56,564 bases of DNA, filler included, from Basidioascus undulatus (GCA_000826855.1; 4 parts of 4 records of this genome joined end to end with filler, not necessarily neighbours in it); one strand, 5' to 3'; shown: positions 11,811 through 25,230, counted from the whole stretch's first letter. Numbers and translations: made by a program. The notes: generated by a model not told the origin, from the letters alone.

Positions 11811-13536
11811 CTACTGAGCAGCCGCGCCGATCTCCGGCTCCCCCTCCGCATCACTCCCGCCGTCGGCGACGGCCGTCCCGGGCGGGAGGAAGAGTTCCTC
11901 GAGGTACGCGCGGTCGTTGATCTCCTCCTCCTCGAAGTCCTCCAAGCCGAGATGTACCTTGTCCCACCGCGCGCTGTCGCTCGATGCATCTTTCTGCTCG
12001 TCCGCCCCCGCCCTTCAACATCAGTCCCGCCAGACTCACGAGAAAGAGAGAAGGGGAGGGAAGCAGGGGGGAGGAGGACGGACCTTCGGCCGACGCTTCT
12101 TCAGCGCCATCCGGCTCTGGACGATCTTGTAGAACGCGCCCTTGCCGCGGTCGAACGCCTTGCCCTTGCCCTTGCGCGCTGCCGCGCCCGCGTACGCGCC
12201 GGGCAGGAGCCCGTCGTCGATGTTGAGCATGAGGTCGTTACCGCTCATCGTCTGCGCGACGATCTCGTAGTCGCGGATGAAGGTGAATGTCGCGCGCTAG
12301 AAGAAATCAGCAGGGAGAAGTGTTCAGCGGCCGCGTGGATGGGTGGGCGGAGGAAGAAGCAGAAACCCCGCACCTCTTGGTCTTCGTCCCCCGTGACAGG
12401 CTCCGACCGCTTGCGCAGCAACGTCGCATTTTGCTCCTCGTCCTCCGGCAAATAGTACGAGAGCCACTGCTCGTTGTCCTCCGAAATGACTGGCCGAATC
12501 AGACCGTTCTCCACCCTCGGGTCGTAGCCCTGTCCGCCCCGCCACTCCCTCAAGTCAGCCCAACCCCGTCCTCCTTCTCTTCCTAGGAAGCAATCACGCA
12601 CCGCAGTGCCAGGGTCCTCGCTGAACCGGATGACATAGTATTGGTTCGACCACGTCTCGGGGTCGGGCAGGACGTCGAACACCTCGACCGCGTGGAGGTG
12701 CGGCTTGGTCGGATTCCGGATCGCCGCGAGCTCCTCGGCGGGCGCGGGGTTGTGCGTGGAGGGCTCGAACCGGAACGTGTGGAGGATGGCCTTGATCTGG
12801 CCTTCGCGCGAGTCGTCCTGTATTTGCACGGGCGCCAGCCTTCCCAGCCAAGCGGAACCCGTCTTAGCTTACGAACGATACCCCAAGCTTCAAGGAAATG
12901 GGCACTTCTCCAGCAAGTCTCTCCGCCCCGCCTCAGAGCTGATGTACTCCGTCCGCCGCAACCAGCTGACCTCCGGCCGTTTCGCCGCCGCGACGGGTGT
13001 CATCGACCCGGACGTTGTCAGCGTGCCCGGCACGGGCGTCCCCACCGCCGCGGGCAGCGGTCCCCAAGGCGGGTCGATCAAGAGCTCAGCGTCCTCCGGG
13101 TCGAGCTCCGGAAACTCGCCATCCTCTGCATTCAGAACTGGTCTCACGCCGCCCATTCTTCAGCATGCGCCACAGAGACTGCTGCTCCTTACTGGTGGGA
13201 GGACCACGCACCGAGCCCGCCTTCCTCGTCCTCCTCGTCCCACAGCTCGCTATAGCAGCTCAGATCGAGCGGCATGCCCGCCTCGGCGTCGACGATGACG
13301 GGGTGGGGCGTCTCGCCGACGAGGGGAGCGGAGAACGCGTAGTCCGCATAGCGCTTGATGTCGGTCTCGATGTTGAGAAGCTTCGGCGGGAAGGGCGGCG
13401 GCGGGAGCGGGTTTTGGAAGCGCGTGCGGACGATCAGGTCGAGCTTGCTGTGGGCCGCAGGGGGTGGGTCAGATCTCGGTAGGGATGGGGAAAAGGGGCA
13501 AGCTACAAGAGGTGCGGACCTCTTTTTGGCTGACAT
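11811..13536 (-). CDS. PAF1: RNA polymerase II-associated factor Paf1
   Basis: MSAKK..KLDLIVRTRFQNPLPPPPFPPKLL, IVDAEAGMPLDL, VSWLRRTEYIS, RNPTKPHLHAVEVFDVLPDPETW, GAFYKIVQSRMALKKRR; GT-AG introns. Confidence 0.93.
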
Positions 13537-14032
13537 GGCATGGGCAACTGGAGATGGCAAAACGGAGAGCACGGAGTTGAGGAGAGGAGGACGAGTCGAG
13601 GGTGGAAGGCAAGTTGCGTCTGGCGGCGAAGGAGCCCTTGACGACTCGGCAAAGTGCCAAACAAGCCTCGTACACTCGAGCCTCGCACCACCCTCAAACA
13701 CGATTGAAAATTTCCTTAACTATACATAAATGACAGGAAGACTCTAAATCAAGCTGCAAGGAGGTACGCGGAAAGGAAAAGAAAAGCGGAGGTGCAACAG
13801 CCCAAGAGAGATCAAGATCAAGCTGGAAGTGATCGTAGCGTGGAAGCGTGTGAGGTGTGGAGGGACGTGAAGGACAGAGAGATTGGGGGTACATGGTGCG
13901 TGAGGTGCATGAACGGGTCGGAGGTAGGTGTGCGGAGGGAAGGGAAGGGGTTCATAAATGCAAGCGGGAGGACGAACGCGAGCGAGAAAGCAGAAGACAA
14001 GACGAGAGAAAGCCCATAGAAGACGATCACGA

Positions 14033-14135
14033 TCAGGACACGTCAAGGTCGAGCGGGGGCACGTCCAGTGCTCCCGCGCCGATCCCCTTCTTCTTCTTGC
14101 CCGACTTGCTCTTCCCCTCTTCTCCTCCCCCACCC
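14033..14135 (-). CDS. Probable 3' end of an unidentified gene cut by the contig edge
   Basis: GC3-rich frame ...KSGKKKKGIGAGALDVPPLDLDVS* followed by UTR-like sequence; too short to identify. Confidence 0.3.
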
Positions 14136-14235
14136 NNNNNNNNNNNNNNNNNNNNNNNNNNNNNNNNNNNNNNNNNNNNTTAATTAATTAANNNNNNNNN
14201 NNNNNNNNNNNNNNNNNNNNNNNNNNNNNNNNNNN
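14136..14235. other. Artificial contig linker (N-run / TTAATTAATTAA / N-run)
   Basis: 100-nt block with a six-frame stop motif at 14180-14191; same format as the other two linkers. Confidence 0.97.
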
Positions 14236-14723
14236 TCGGCTCTCCCGCCTGTTCCGACGGCGGGCACGAGCCCCACGGAAGCGAGCAACCTGCGGACGCA
14301 GAACATCTCGATCCCGAGCGACATGGTCGTGCGTATCCGTTCTCCCTCCTTCGTCTCATCACCACACAGCCCTCCGCATCTTTCCCCCGTGAACCTGCGC
14401 TAAGGAAACTGTTTCGGGTTCAACAGGGCCCTATCATCGGCCGCGGTGGCTCGCGCATCACCGAGATCCGCCGTCTGTCCGGGTCCAAGATCACCATCGC
14501 CAAGGTCCCGCACGACGACACGGGCGAGCGCCTCTTCTCCATCGTCGGCACCGTGCGTCTTCTCTCCCCTTCCTCCTCCATCTTCCCTTCCCTCTCTGTG
14601 CGCCAATGCTGAGTCCTGATGTTCTCACAGCCCGAGGCGAACGAGAAGGCGCTGTTCCTGCTCTACTCCCAGCTCGAGAACGAGAAGGAGCGCAGGATCC
14701 GGGGCGAGGAGGAGCAGGTGTGA
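14236..14723 (+). CDS. KH-domain RNA-binding protein (hnRNP K/PCBP/Pbp2/Rnc1-like), C-terminal KH domain, 5'-truncated by the contig edge
   Basis: TQNISIPSDMV-GPIIGRGGSRITEIRRLSGSKITIAKVPHDDTGERLFSIVGT-PEANEKALFLLYSQLENEKERR; GxxG loop; two GT-AG introns. Confidence 0.9.
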
Positions 14724-16774
14724 AGAAGGACGGCCTCCCGCTCGCTCCCGTGACGAGTCACTGAGCGCGCGAGAGATCTTGGCTGGTTTCCTCGCCTAGC
14801 CATCGCTCAGCTTCTCCCCCCTTTCTTCTCCCACTTCTCCTTCCTTCCTTCCCCTCTCCAAACACACTACTCACACTCCCCACTCCTCCCCCGTCCCGTC
14901 CGTCGCGCCCATTTCGTTTATCTCTGCACCCAACATCCACTCTGTACATTTCGTCTTCTCCCTGCCTCCCTCTCCTCTCCTCTCCCCTTTCCTCACCCCG
15001 CACGCCGCCGCAAAAGTTCTTATAACGTTCCGACCGACCGACGTATGCACAAGATTGGCTCTCGTCTCGATTCGTCTCGGCATTGCGCCCTCTCTCCGTC
15101 TCCTCCTTTTCGTCGATTCTCCACCCGCTCTGATGCCTCCCTTTCTTCACTCTCCTGCTCCTCTCCTTCTGACCGGTTATACGCTGTATGAAGACATGCA
15201 ACCACAAAAAATGCAACAAAAGAAGAATTGCGTAAATTGTATGGCATGCGGTCGTCTGAACGTCAGCCTGCCAAGTGCAGTGGACTGCATGTATGTCCTG
15301 AGTGGTACCCACTCTCGCAGCCAAGGCGACCGTCTATGGACGTCGGCGACGATGTCGGATATCCATGGAGCCAAAGAACACTGCACGATACCTTCTTCCA
15401 GGGCACGGACTCCAGAATATCGCACATCGCGTTCTTCGCGGCGCGTCGGACTTCTGCGCACCGGCAGGTTCAGCGTGGGCGCTGGAGTGCATCAGTGGAC
15501 GCCCGTCACCTCATCGAGGCGTATTATTCGCACCATGCATCCCCATTGGACTGTGGCGTCCGAAGGAGCAGACATCAGGGTGAGAGGAGGAGCTTACGCT
15601 TTCCAGGGGGCCGGGTGATTCTTGTCGTGCTTGGCAGGGCTCGGATATGCTGCTGGCGGTTCATTTCGTTTGTTAGGGTCTGTGTATGGACCGATAATTG
15701 AGCAAAATTGGACTGTAATGGACCGCAGGAGCACTCCTCGCTAGGGAACGGGAGTAGCGGCGGGCGATTTATTCTTCCCTCACGACTTGACTGCGAACAA
15801 GTCGCAGATGTCCCAAGAGCGGTCGGTGGATGCCGCCCCAGACCGTCTCACACGAGGGCGAAGATATCGCTGTATATTTGGATTGCGAGAGTACAAATTA
15901 AAACAGTGTAATTCTGCCGCCCCGGTGCCCTCCGAGTGCGGGAGTTCGGACCTTCGGCGTCCACCGCAGTCGGCAGGGATCGTGTATGTATGTCGCTAGT
16001 GCGAATGTGAGTGTTGAAGGCTGTGGAGCATCAAATATTTCCTGATATACTTCTGCATTATTTTCCCGAATGGGGTGCGTACAACGTGGATGATCCGTAC
16101 TTCCAGCGCGCAATTACTCGCAGATGGTTGTGCGGATAGTTGTGCGGCGGCGGCCGTGTCAGGGCGTCGGTTTCCGCAGCGTATCTTACGGCGTGGATGA
16201 GGGTGTCGATAGCTCAAATTGCATCATAACTGACTTGATGGAGCATGAGATCTGTAAGTCTGAGCGGGAGATGGCAAGGATGCCCAAGGGTGTTCGCTGG
16301 CCGCGTTGGACGACACAGACGGCTTGCAGAGCATAGTCCCCGGCTCTAGTACAGTCTTTCCCAGAATCCGTTGACAGATCTCATGGTATACCTAGAATTC
16401 TGTCCTTTTTTGATTTGGAGTGAGGACTGCGCGGACAGCTCTGTCAAAAAAAAATTGCGGATCTCCCAAACGCGGGTTTGCTGGCAGCGCACGTGCAGCG
16501 ACTTTCCGCTCGCAGTCGAAAGTCCCTGCTTCGCCCTGAACGACGACGGGTCCGGCCTCGCGCGCCACAGGAATGTTTACTTCCAATCGAATGGGATCAT
16601 CAGAACAGTTTATGATGAGCTCCGCTTGTGGATCCTGAAGTCTTGGCATGTCGCCGGTATAAGAAGCTGTTCAGCCCGAAGGAGTTGTCCGGTGTCGTCG
16701 TCTGCTCTCTTTGTCGTCCACTTGTCTGTTCTCTCTTCGCGACCGGCCACCTGGGGTTGCCTCCATCGACCACC

Positions 16775-19044
16775 ATGCTTCCCGCTCTTCTTCTGCTCTT
16801 GTCCCCCCTGGTCGTTGCCCGACCAACGCCCAAGGCGGCCGCGGACCCGCTCGACCCTTCTCTGGCTACGACAGTTAACTTTCAAGGCGACTCTTTCGTG
16901 AACCACGGTCTTGTGGCGTTCGGGGAGTTCCCTGCGGACGAGCTGGACCAGTTTGGGGACACGATCGGCGGCATTGGCAGCGCGGCGGCGCTGCAGAGGG
17001 GGAGCTGGAAGCGGAGGTGGGACGGCAGTTACGAGGCCGTCATTCTCGCACAGCCGGATCGAGGTGAGCCGCACTATTCTTTCTCTTGAGCGCGAAATTG
17101 GAATTGCTAAAATTACTTGATCGCTGGTGCATAACAGGACACAACGAGGATGGTAGGTTCATTTGGTTGGAATTTTCATAACAGTCGCTCAGATCACACA
17201 CCCTTTTCAACAGGCGCCGCAACGGTCGACTATCCGGCGCGACACCACCGCTTCCACCTCTCGCTTTCCCCCTACTACGACGCCTCGAACCAGACTCTCG
17301 ACGACGGTGCGGACTCTCTCGAGCTCGAGTACATCGACTCTGTCAAGTACAAGGAGCGCGGCGGGAAGGAGACGACCGGCCTCGACCCGCTGTTTGTTCG
17401 CAAGGCGGACGGACACTGGCCGGATCTGCCGGTCAGCGACCGGGACAGGATCTCGCTCGATTCGGAGGGTATCGCTGTGGACCCGCGGGATGGGACGTAC
17501 TGGGTAAGCAAGACTTGCAGCATGTATGGCTGTCGTCGAGGTCTAATCGGTAGCTTCCAACGCTCTGAAGGTTTCGGACGAGGTGAACACACTGCTTCTG
17601 AAAATTTCAGGTGGACTGTGCTGACAGACTGCCTCTGCCTCCCAGTATGGCCCGCTCATCTACCATGTCGCGAGAGACGGCACCATCTTGTCTGCGGTCA
17701 GCCCGTACGTCCCTTCCTATTCGCGGTCTACCTAGAAATGCTTCTGCTGACTTGCAATCCCGTGCCACTTCAGGCCGAAGTCTCTTCTCCCTCTCCGTGA
17801 CGGCAACCTCAACTTCACCGCCACGACCGAAGGCGATTCTGGACGGACGAGCAACCAAGGGTTCGAGGGACTTACCGCTTCGTACGTGCCACTTTGTGCT
17901 TGTCTTGTCGCGGCAGACATAAACTGAAGGCGGCTTGCCTGGGTAGTCACGATGGCAACGCACTCTTTGCTATCCTTCAGAGCGCCACGCTTCAGGACTC
18001 GGCGAAGCCGGAGACTGCAGATGCGAACACTCGCCTCGTGCGGTTCGACATTTCGGACGCTCACGATGTCAAGATCACGGGCCATTGGGTCGTACAGGTA
18101 CGTTGGTGGGCAGGTCTTCGCCAAACTAGAAAGAGTCATTCTCCCAACCGAGTCTTCCAAACGCGCAGCTGCCTGTGAGCGACAAGAACAAGACCCGGGC
18201 GACGAGCGACTTGCTGTTCTTGGACGACCACACTTTCTTGACCTTGAGCCGTGATGGCGACGGAAACGGGGACAGGTTCGAGACTTCTCAGATAGCATGC
18301 CATCCTGTTCGTGCACTGACATAACAGTTCATTCCTGCAGCGACCAGGAGTCTTCGAAGAAGGGCGCAGATCTGATTGACATCTCAGCTGCAACCAGTGC
18401 GTTTCCTCCAACTCATTCCCTGACCAAACATGCTCCTTTTTCAAGCCAAGCATCCTTTTAGAAACAGTCACTCACTTTCGAGCCTTTGAGCAGACCTCCT
18501 CGATACCCAGTACTCCGACTCTCCCGACTCCCTCGCCCCCAACGGCACCCTCCTTCCCTCCATCACCCCCGCTGCCTACCAGCAATTCGTCGACTACCTC
18601 GACCCCGTCAATCTCGCGCGCTTTGGCCTCCACAACGGCGAGCCGCTCGACGACGGTCTGATCTCTGCGAAATGGGAGAGCTTGATCCTTGCGCCTGCGC
18701 TGGACGACAAGGTGAGTCCGGCGTGCGGTCTCATGACACATGGGGTGTGAAGGACACTGACCATATATTTGGTGATTTCACGTGCGTAGAACCCGGACGA
18801 CTACATCCTCATCACGATTTCGGACAACGACTACATCACAACCAACGGGCACTCGATTGGACAACCTTATAACGACTCTTACGGGAGAGATGTCAAGATA
18901 CAGGTATGCCTTGCCGAAGTAGCGTGCTAAAATGAGAAGAAATTCAGAATCGCTCACAGCTTTGGTCCACTGAAGATCATGGCGTTCCGCCTCACGCTGC
19001 CGAATGTCGACGGCAAAAAGCTCAAGCAGTACTTGGGCATCTAA
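16775..19044 (+). CDS. Secreted protein of the 'esterase-like activity of phytase' family (multi-exon)
   Basis: Signal peptide MLPALLLLLSPLVVA; motifs FVNHGLVAFG, GDTIGGIGS, QPDRGHN, LDSEGI, WVSDEYGP, NQGFEGL, KWESL, SDNDYITTNG; exons splice in frame. Confidence 0.85.
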
Positions 19045-19629
19045 TGAGAGACGAAAGAAACGGTAGAGCCACAGTAGACTAGAATAGACGTGGGTGGATT
19101 GTGGTGGAACAGAGGAACGCATAATAGAGGAGGTGATATTGCATGGACTAGACTGTCGTAGACAAGTTCTCCCGTCGTGCAACGGCCGCATGTCATTGGC
19201 ATGCCTTACCACCCCTCACGATACTCAAAGAAGCAAATCTACCTGAGCATCCGAGCCAAAACCCGAACCGGCTTCTGTTTGTGTGGTGAATCTCTGGTCC
19301 TGCAGGGGCGTGAACGATGTTTACAAGCTGCCGCCCGGTATACTGCATTCGTCGGTGTCGGCATGTCTTCCTTGGAGATAAAGCTTCACAATACACCACC
19401 TTTGGAGCAGACGCACATTGGCCGCTGTCGGATCTTGAGAAGTAAAGGAGATACCCTGGCAAGTGGGCCCACTGCTTTCGGCGTTTGAGGTCGGCAGCGA
19501 TGCGTGGACGCTGATATTGGAAGAGTTTGTTCAAAAGGTCACCATTTCCGATAATGTATGATGGATGCGAGCGTATGGATGTAAACCCCGGCGCAGTGTT
19601 CTATTCGCGTCCTCCCCGTAGCGAAGAGC

Positions 19630-20712
19630 TCATTTTCTCTCTTTCCCATCTTCCTGCTGTACCGCCTTCGCCTTCCTTGAGCGCTCCTCCAGCCTCCGTT
19701 CCTCCTGCTCACCCTCCTTTTCCAGCGCCCCGGCTAGATCCAACTCCCCCGAGCTCTCATCCACCTCCAAATCTCCAGCAGCCTCCGGGTCGCCGTCTAC
19801 GCTGTTTAGGTCGACCTCCCTGACCTTGAACAGCTCCACCTCCTCGCCCGCCTCTCCAGTGTCCTTCTCATCCACGTCCTGCGCCGACTCGCCCTGCTCC
19901 TCCAACCGCTTCACGTCCTCTTCCTCCTTCGACTTCAGCCCTGTGGGGCTCAGAGCGAACCTGCCAGAGTCCACGACCTCCATGCGCTCCAGCAGGTAGT
20001 TGACGACGTCCTGGCGATCCTGTCCCTCGGCCTCCGTCACCGGCGTGCGCCCCGCGGCGTTCCTGGCCTCGAGCAGGCTTGCCTCGAGCGTGCGCAGTCG
20101 ACCCTCGATCGACCCGGACGCCTTGGCCGCGCCGCGCGGGACGTGGCTGCCTGGCGACGGCGGCGGGGACGGCCCGGGGAGAGAGGACGCGAAGGAGAGG
20201 AGCGAGCGGACGAATTTGAGGTGTCCGTTCCGCGCGGCCCAGTGGAGAGGCGTGGAGCCCGCGCGGTTGCGCTCTTTGATGCAAGGTAAGAGGCTGGGAG
20301 TGGGCGTGAGGGGCGAAGAGGAGGGCGGGACGTGGAGGAGCGGTCCGGGCGGGTCGGGAACGTGGGGCGGGAGAAGGGCATCGAGGATGTCTGGTGGATG
20401 TTGAGTTGAAAGGTGGGCATGCCCTAAGCCGCCTGCTACGCAAGACGATCTGGAAAGAGAAGACGCACCGACGAGCCCATTCCCGGCTAGCATGTGCGTG
20501 ATCGCATTTCCCTCCTCATCGCGCGCTTGCCAAAGCGCGTCCGCCCTAAACTTGCGCTGGAATTCGTCTAGAGCGGACTTGTCACCAGCGCGGGCGTCGT
20601 CCATAACGCCCCAGATGTCGTCCAGCGTCGGCTCGGGGAGCTCCGTCTCGGTCGGCTCGATCGCCGGGTCGATCTTGACCTCAGTGCGGAGAGAGGAAGG
20701 CTCGGGCGGCAT
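19630..20712 (-). CDS. YAR1: Ankyrin-repeat protein, Yar1-like (Rps3 chaperone)
   Basis: DARAGD..ARDEEGNAITHMLAGNG, NRAGSTPLHWAARNGHL, RNAAGRTP and an acidic C-terminal tail; one in-frame intron at about 20390-20468. Confidence 0.75.
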   Translation of the reverse strand: MPPEPSSLRTEVKIDPAIEPTETELPEPTLDDIWGVMDDARAGDKSALDEFQRKFRADALWQARDEEGNAITHMLAGNGLVGASSLSRSSCVAGGLGHAHLSTQHPPDILDALLPPHVPDPPGPLLHVPPSSSPLTPTPSLLPCIKERNRAGSTPLHWAARNGHLKFVRSLLSFASSLPGPSPPPSPGSHVPRGAAKASGSIEGRLRTLEASLLEARNAAGRTPVTEAEGQDRQDVVNYLLERMEVVDSGRFALSPTGLKSKEEEDVKRLEEQGESAQDVDEKDTGEAGEEVELFKVREVDLNSVDGDPEAAGDLEVDESSGELDLAGALEKEGEQEERRLEERSRKAKAVQQEDGKERK

Positions 20713-22002
20713 TGGGGAACGAGTGTGGAGGGAAAGGAGGTTGATGGAGAGGTCAGGTCGGTGAAAAGGAGATGAGAACGCGCGGGTAATGCGGCTGATG
20801 GTCGTGTGAGTGGCGCCGTCTGTGGTGGTCAGTGTAAGAAGGACGAGATGCTCGGTGTACAGTCTCAAGATGCAGCGCCGTGCTTTTTTCGATAATTATG
20901 TTCATGATGCTCCTCGTACCCCGGAATTTTCAAGATCTGGTGAGGGGCACCAAGGGCGCTGGCGCTTGAGTATGGTGGGATCAGGAGCGCTCCATTACGG
21001 CGGGATACAAAATCCCACGCCAAACAAGTGTAGTTTCTTCGGCAAGCTTTTGAACGCCTACAAAAGGTCATCGAGGGAAGCTTGTGTATCTAGCGCATGG
21101 TGAATTATGACCGTGTAGGCTGAGCCGGATTAATTAAGGATTAGCGTGGAGCGACAAGCGATGAGGGAGTGCGCTCGAAGGAGTACGCATCGACCGGCAG
21201 AGGGTTCAGGCGTTTCCACGAGAAGAACGCGACCGCCCTGCGGACGTATGCTTGACCTAAGGTTCCTAATCATTGTCTTGTGAAAGGAATGTGTGATACC
21301 CGAAACGCAGATCTGGTGGTTGAGTGTCATCCACAAAGCATGTGAAGCCTCTGTTCTCCCCGTGCAGTCGTTGTCGATTTTGACAGTGCGTTTCGCCTTC
21401 CCATGCGCCTGCCTTCAGACATGAACATGGCAGCAGAGGAAGACATGGAATCGATACAGGAAGATGAGCAAAATTTCAAATGGGCCTCCATCGTGAGAGG
21501 CCGATGTCCCCGGGCCTTGATCAGTTTGCGGCCTTACTGTGTCGACGGACTTCTTTATCGTATGGACTGTCTCTGCATGAGCAGAACGATCCTAGTCCAC
21601 CCTGTCTACCTGTAGCTTTTTCTGGTCTTCGTGGCTCGAACTCGCAAGAGAGATCATGGTGACGGGCTATTGCCCTCGACAGATACTACACTCCGAAGGC
21701 AATGCTCCTTCCGGAACGGGCGTCCTCGCAATGACATTCTCAAGGCGCCCCGTCACATAGAATTTAGGTAAAAGTGCTTTTCCCGTCATGGCGGCGGCGG
21801 ATCTGGGCCGACAAACCGCATGGGGTGCAAGCTCGAAACGGACGCCACCCATGAGCGATTATCTATCACAGCGCGTTACTCGACAGGTCAAAGCGACCTT
21901 TGTAACTATTAAGAGACTCCAGAAAGCCCCCAGGAGCTTCCTCCTGCATGTTTTTCAGTCGACCAGACGGTGGGATAGTTGGGAACGACTTACTACCCCA
22001 CG

Positions 22003-22300
22003 TTAGCTCTGGATGTCGCAGAACAGGCTCGAAATAAGTTGCTTGAGTGTGCTCAGCTTCTCGCCTCGGAGCGCATCCCGAACGCTAGCACGCTGTTCAT
22101 CGAGGAGTCGTGCCTGCTGCTCCCCGAGCTTGACGCGTACATTGCAAAGGCGCACTCCCTCGTCGAGCCACTCATCGAGGCTGACGGAGTTGTAGAGTGC
22201 CTCGTCTTCCAGCGTCCAGGTGAATTGCAGACCGGTCGCCACGCCGCCGATGCCCTCCACGTGCGAGCGCCTGATACGGCATAAGGTGATAGTAATTGGT
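22003..22300 (-). CDS. Small hypothetical protein or gene fragment with a disrupted paralog at 23237-23350
   Basis: Open frame ITLCRIRRSHVEGIGGVATGLQFTWTLEDEALY...FCDIQS*. The neighbouring copy reads LKFFRIKGRHVEG..RTGLKFTWTLLEDVTY. The start is not determined. Confidence 0.4.
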
Positions 22301-22912
22301 CCAAGTAGTTGGTCCACCAGAAGAGAGGGGGGGCGGGGGGGGCACATGATGCGATGAAAAGATGAATTGCGTACGAAGACGAGAGCTTGACCTTGTATTA
22401 TTCAAGCGGCGAGTGGCGGCGGTGTCTCGCGGTTTCGGGAGCCGGAGAGATTTCCCTCTTCTATCCTGGAGGGACCGTACGCACTGTTTTCAGGCAGAGC
22501 AGTTACCTTATACCGCAAGGGAAAACATTCCGAAAGGCAATCTAACCAAAACATGAAACATTTTTTCTGAGTTTATAACACATAGCACTATGTGGTGAAA
22601 AGGTACCACAGCGTTCTGTTGCGTTGCCTTTTAGGTTCTCGACACCAGGTCATGCCCTTCTCTGCATTTTTTGACGGTACGAGCTTCCCCATCGGTGCCA
22701 TTTTACTTGTCGAAAATAACATACTCCAACGCAAGGGGCTCTGTACCGTGAGATCTTTGAGAGCCGACACGTTGAGTCGTTGACCCTCAGGCTAACTGTG
22801 AAGTCTCTCACTCTCTTCACTCTCTCGTCCCATTCAGTCACCGACCCCAACATCGTTTTCCTGCTTATGCGCGAGTATCAGATCTTCCTGGAAGGACCGA
22901 CGAAGCCAAAAA

Positions 22913-23236
22913 TGGGAGGTTGTGACTGCATCAGTCGGCTAACTAGCCGCTCAAGCCGTCCGCCGAGCAGGAAGACGCGTCCCCCGCCCCTGCTGCGGCG
23001 CCGGCGGTTGCAGAGCCGCTGGTGAAGCAGGACAACTCTTAGAGCGGGGTCGATGGACGGCAGGGTGTTGATTGACTTGGTGGACGGCGGGGCGGGGAAT
23101 ATTTGTTGTACTCTGCCGTTGCTGCGCGTATGAGCTACATTTATTGCCTTGCGTTATGTTCCTGGCAGTCCTGCCACCGATAGACGGGGCTGTTGACCAT
23201 GCGAGGGCACAAACCTGCCGCACCAACGTCCCCCCA
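22913..23236 (-). mobile_element. LTR-like repeat (about 324 bp)
   Basis: On the minus strand it starts TGGGGGG and ends CCTCCCA (TG..CA with short inverted termini), has an internal AATAAA and is followed by PBS-like TTTTTGGC. Its first 68 nt recur exactly, inverted, at 28238-28305. No target-site duplication is evident. Confidence 0.55.
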
Positions 23237-25180
23237 GTGTATGTTACGTCTTCAAGCAGTGTCCACGTGAATTTGAGACCAGTCCGGTCGCCATTCCCCC
23301 ATTCCCTCGACGTGCCGGCCTTTGATACGGAAGAACTTGAGAATAGTTGGACTACGAGAGAGGATCGCACGAGATACAGAGCACCGTTGCAAGTCCGGCT
23401 GCAGAAAGTCTGCTGCTAGAACTGTTGATGGATGTAAGTTCTTTGTATGCCTGTCAACAGAACTTCTCCACCTTAATTGTTCATCAGAGGAAATTTCTGT
23501 TGATGGATAGCAAAAAAAAATTGCTGAAGAGCAGCAGCTGTCGGTGCGAAACTTCTGCTGGCTGGCTGCAGGACAATGTAAACTTGACTGATGACCAGAT
23601 GTATTTGTGCTGACAAGCTTAACAAACGTTGCTTGCCCGGAACAGTTTTGTGCGATGCTTTTCAATGGGTGAAGGATATCTTAAGTACCGCCAGGCTGCA
23701 GCATTTCTGCTGTCCAGAGTCAGATGTCTTTCGGGCCAGGACACAATATAGACCGCAGAAAAAACTATAAATTGTGTCATAATCCATTCAATAACCCAAC
23801 CCACTACTCCTATCAGATATTCTTCACTCCTGTAGAACAATGCCATAGTCAGCAGTAAGCACCAGAAAAGGATATCGGAGAGACAGTGCACACCATGGCC
23901 TTCCCTTGAGACTTCTTCTTACGCTGCTACTGCTGCGGCTCGGACTTGGACTTGAGTCGGGCTGGGGCACGAACGTGAGCCCAAGCGCGAGGCGCAGAGC
24001 ACCTGGTCAACAGTGCTTGGTCAGATTTAGGGAGATCAGATGTGAGGGGGGCCACCTTTGCTTCCAGCTGCGGAAGAGGGCACCTGTGAGCAGGGACGAC
24101 GAGGGAGGTGAATAGGGAAGAGAGAGAGGGTGTTCCTGCGAACGCGCTTGCCGTTCACGTTTTTTTTGGATCCTGTGGCGGAGGGAAGCGGAGGCGGAGC
24201 AGAGGTCAGCACGGTGTGGTGCAAAAATATAGAGGATAGGAACGACGACGAGCGAGCGGTGGGGAGAGGGAGCGATGAGGAGGGAGACGAGTTAAGAAAT
24301 GAGAAAAGAGGGGTTTGGCTAGAAGGAACAACTCACCCGTCCACCTCATCGCTGCGACCTGCGACCTCTGTTCCTGTTGCCCTCCTCATTGTTCTCGGCC
24401 ACAGCCCCCCCAACGTCCACCATCTCATCGGCCGCCTCAGCATCCACCTCCAATACCTCCTCTACAGCGATACAAGCAGGTACGAGCAGCGGGGGGTTGT
24501 GACTCTATCTCGCTCATTGCGGCAGTGGAGGTCATAAGGGTAAGACATCGGAGGAGGGGCCTGGAGGTGAATGCAGGTCAAAGGCGAAGATGGCAGGCGG
24601 CCGGCGTTCAGGGAAGAAGGCGGGGAGAGGAGTGGTGAACACTTGCGAGAACAAACAGAGCCTGACCTGGAAAGAAAAAAAAACGTTTGTGAGCAGCAGA
24701 TGCTTTTAAAAGGCTGCTGCCTCACAAATAGTTGCTCGGCAGTGAGAATAAAACATCTGTTGTCAGGCAGCAGAAGTCCCTCTAGCAGGACTTCCCACAG
24801 TGGAGACAAATGGTGTATAGAGCGGAGCTTGCCTGTATTGCGACAATACCGGCAAGCGGCGGTCCTATTGTTGAATCCTGTGGATATCCCGCTTTACCCT
24901 GAAAAGGACTGCAAGTACTGTTTTCAAGCAGCCCAATTGTACTCTAATACCTTAAGAGAATACAATAGTGCCAAGACACTGGAATCACCAAGCACCTGGA
25001 AGTTGACCTCGCTTTCATGACACATTAGCACCATCAACAAGTAGCGGAGCGTTCCATTGCTCTGCCATATAGGATCTCAATGTCAGGTCACGCTCTTCCC
25101 AGCACACAGCACGAACTACTCTGCAGAGTCTTTTTTTTCGTCTCGAAACCAACCCTCTGCCTGCCCAAGGAAAGGGGCTT

Positions 25181-25230
25181 CACGCGTTGCAGTGGCGAAC
25201 CGACACACGCTTGCAGTGGCGAACCAACAC
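25181..25230. repeat. Two-copy tandem repeat of about 24-25 nt
   Basis: CACGCGTTGCAGTGGCGAACCGACA / CACGCTTGCAGTGGCGAACCAACAC. Confidence 0.7.

Noticed and set aside
14136..14235. TTAATTAATTAA palindrome inside N-runs (also at 28306-28405 and 42440-42539)
   Set aside because: Synthetic six-frame-stop linker used to join contigs; not biological.
22591..22851. Possible second solo LTR (TGTGG...CCAACA with a CT-rich tract)
   Set aside because: No target-site duplication and no second copy in the window.
23400..24600. Acidic/basic coding-like fragments on the minus strand
   Set aside because: Interrupted by stops with no recognisable domain; cannot be assigned to a gene or transposon.
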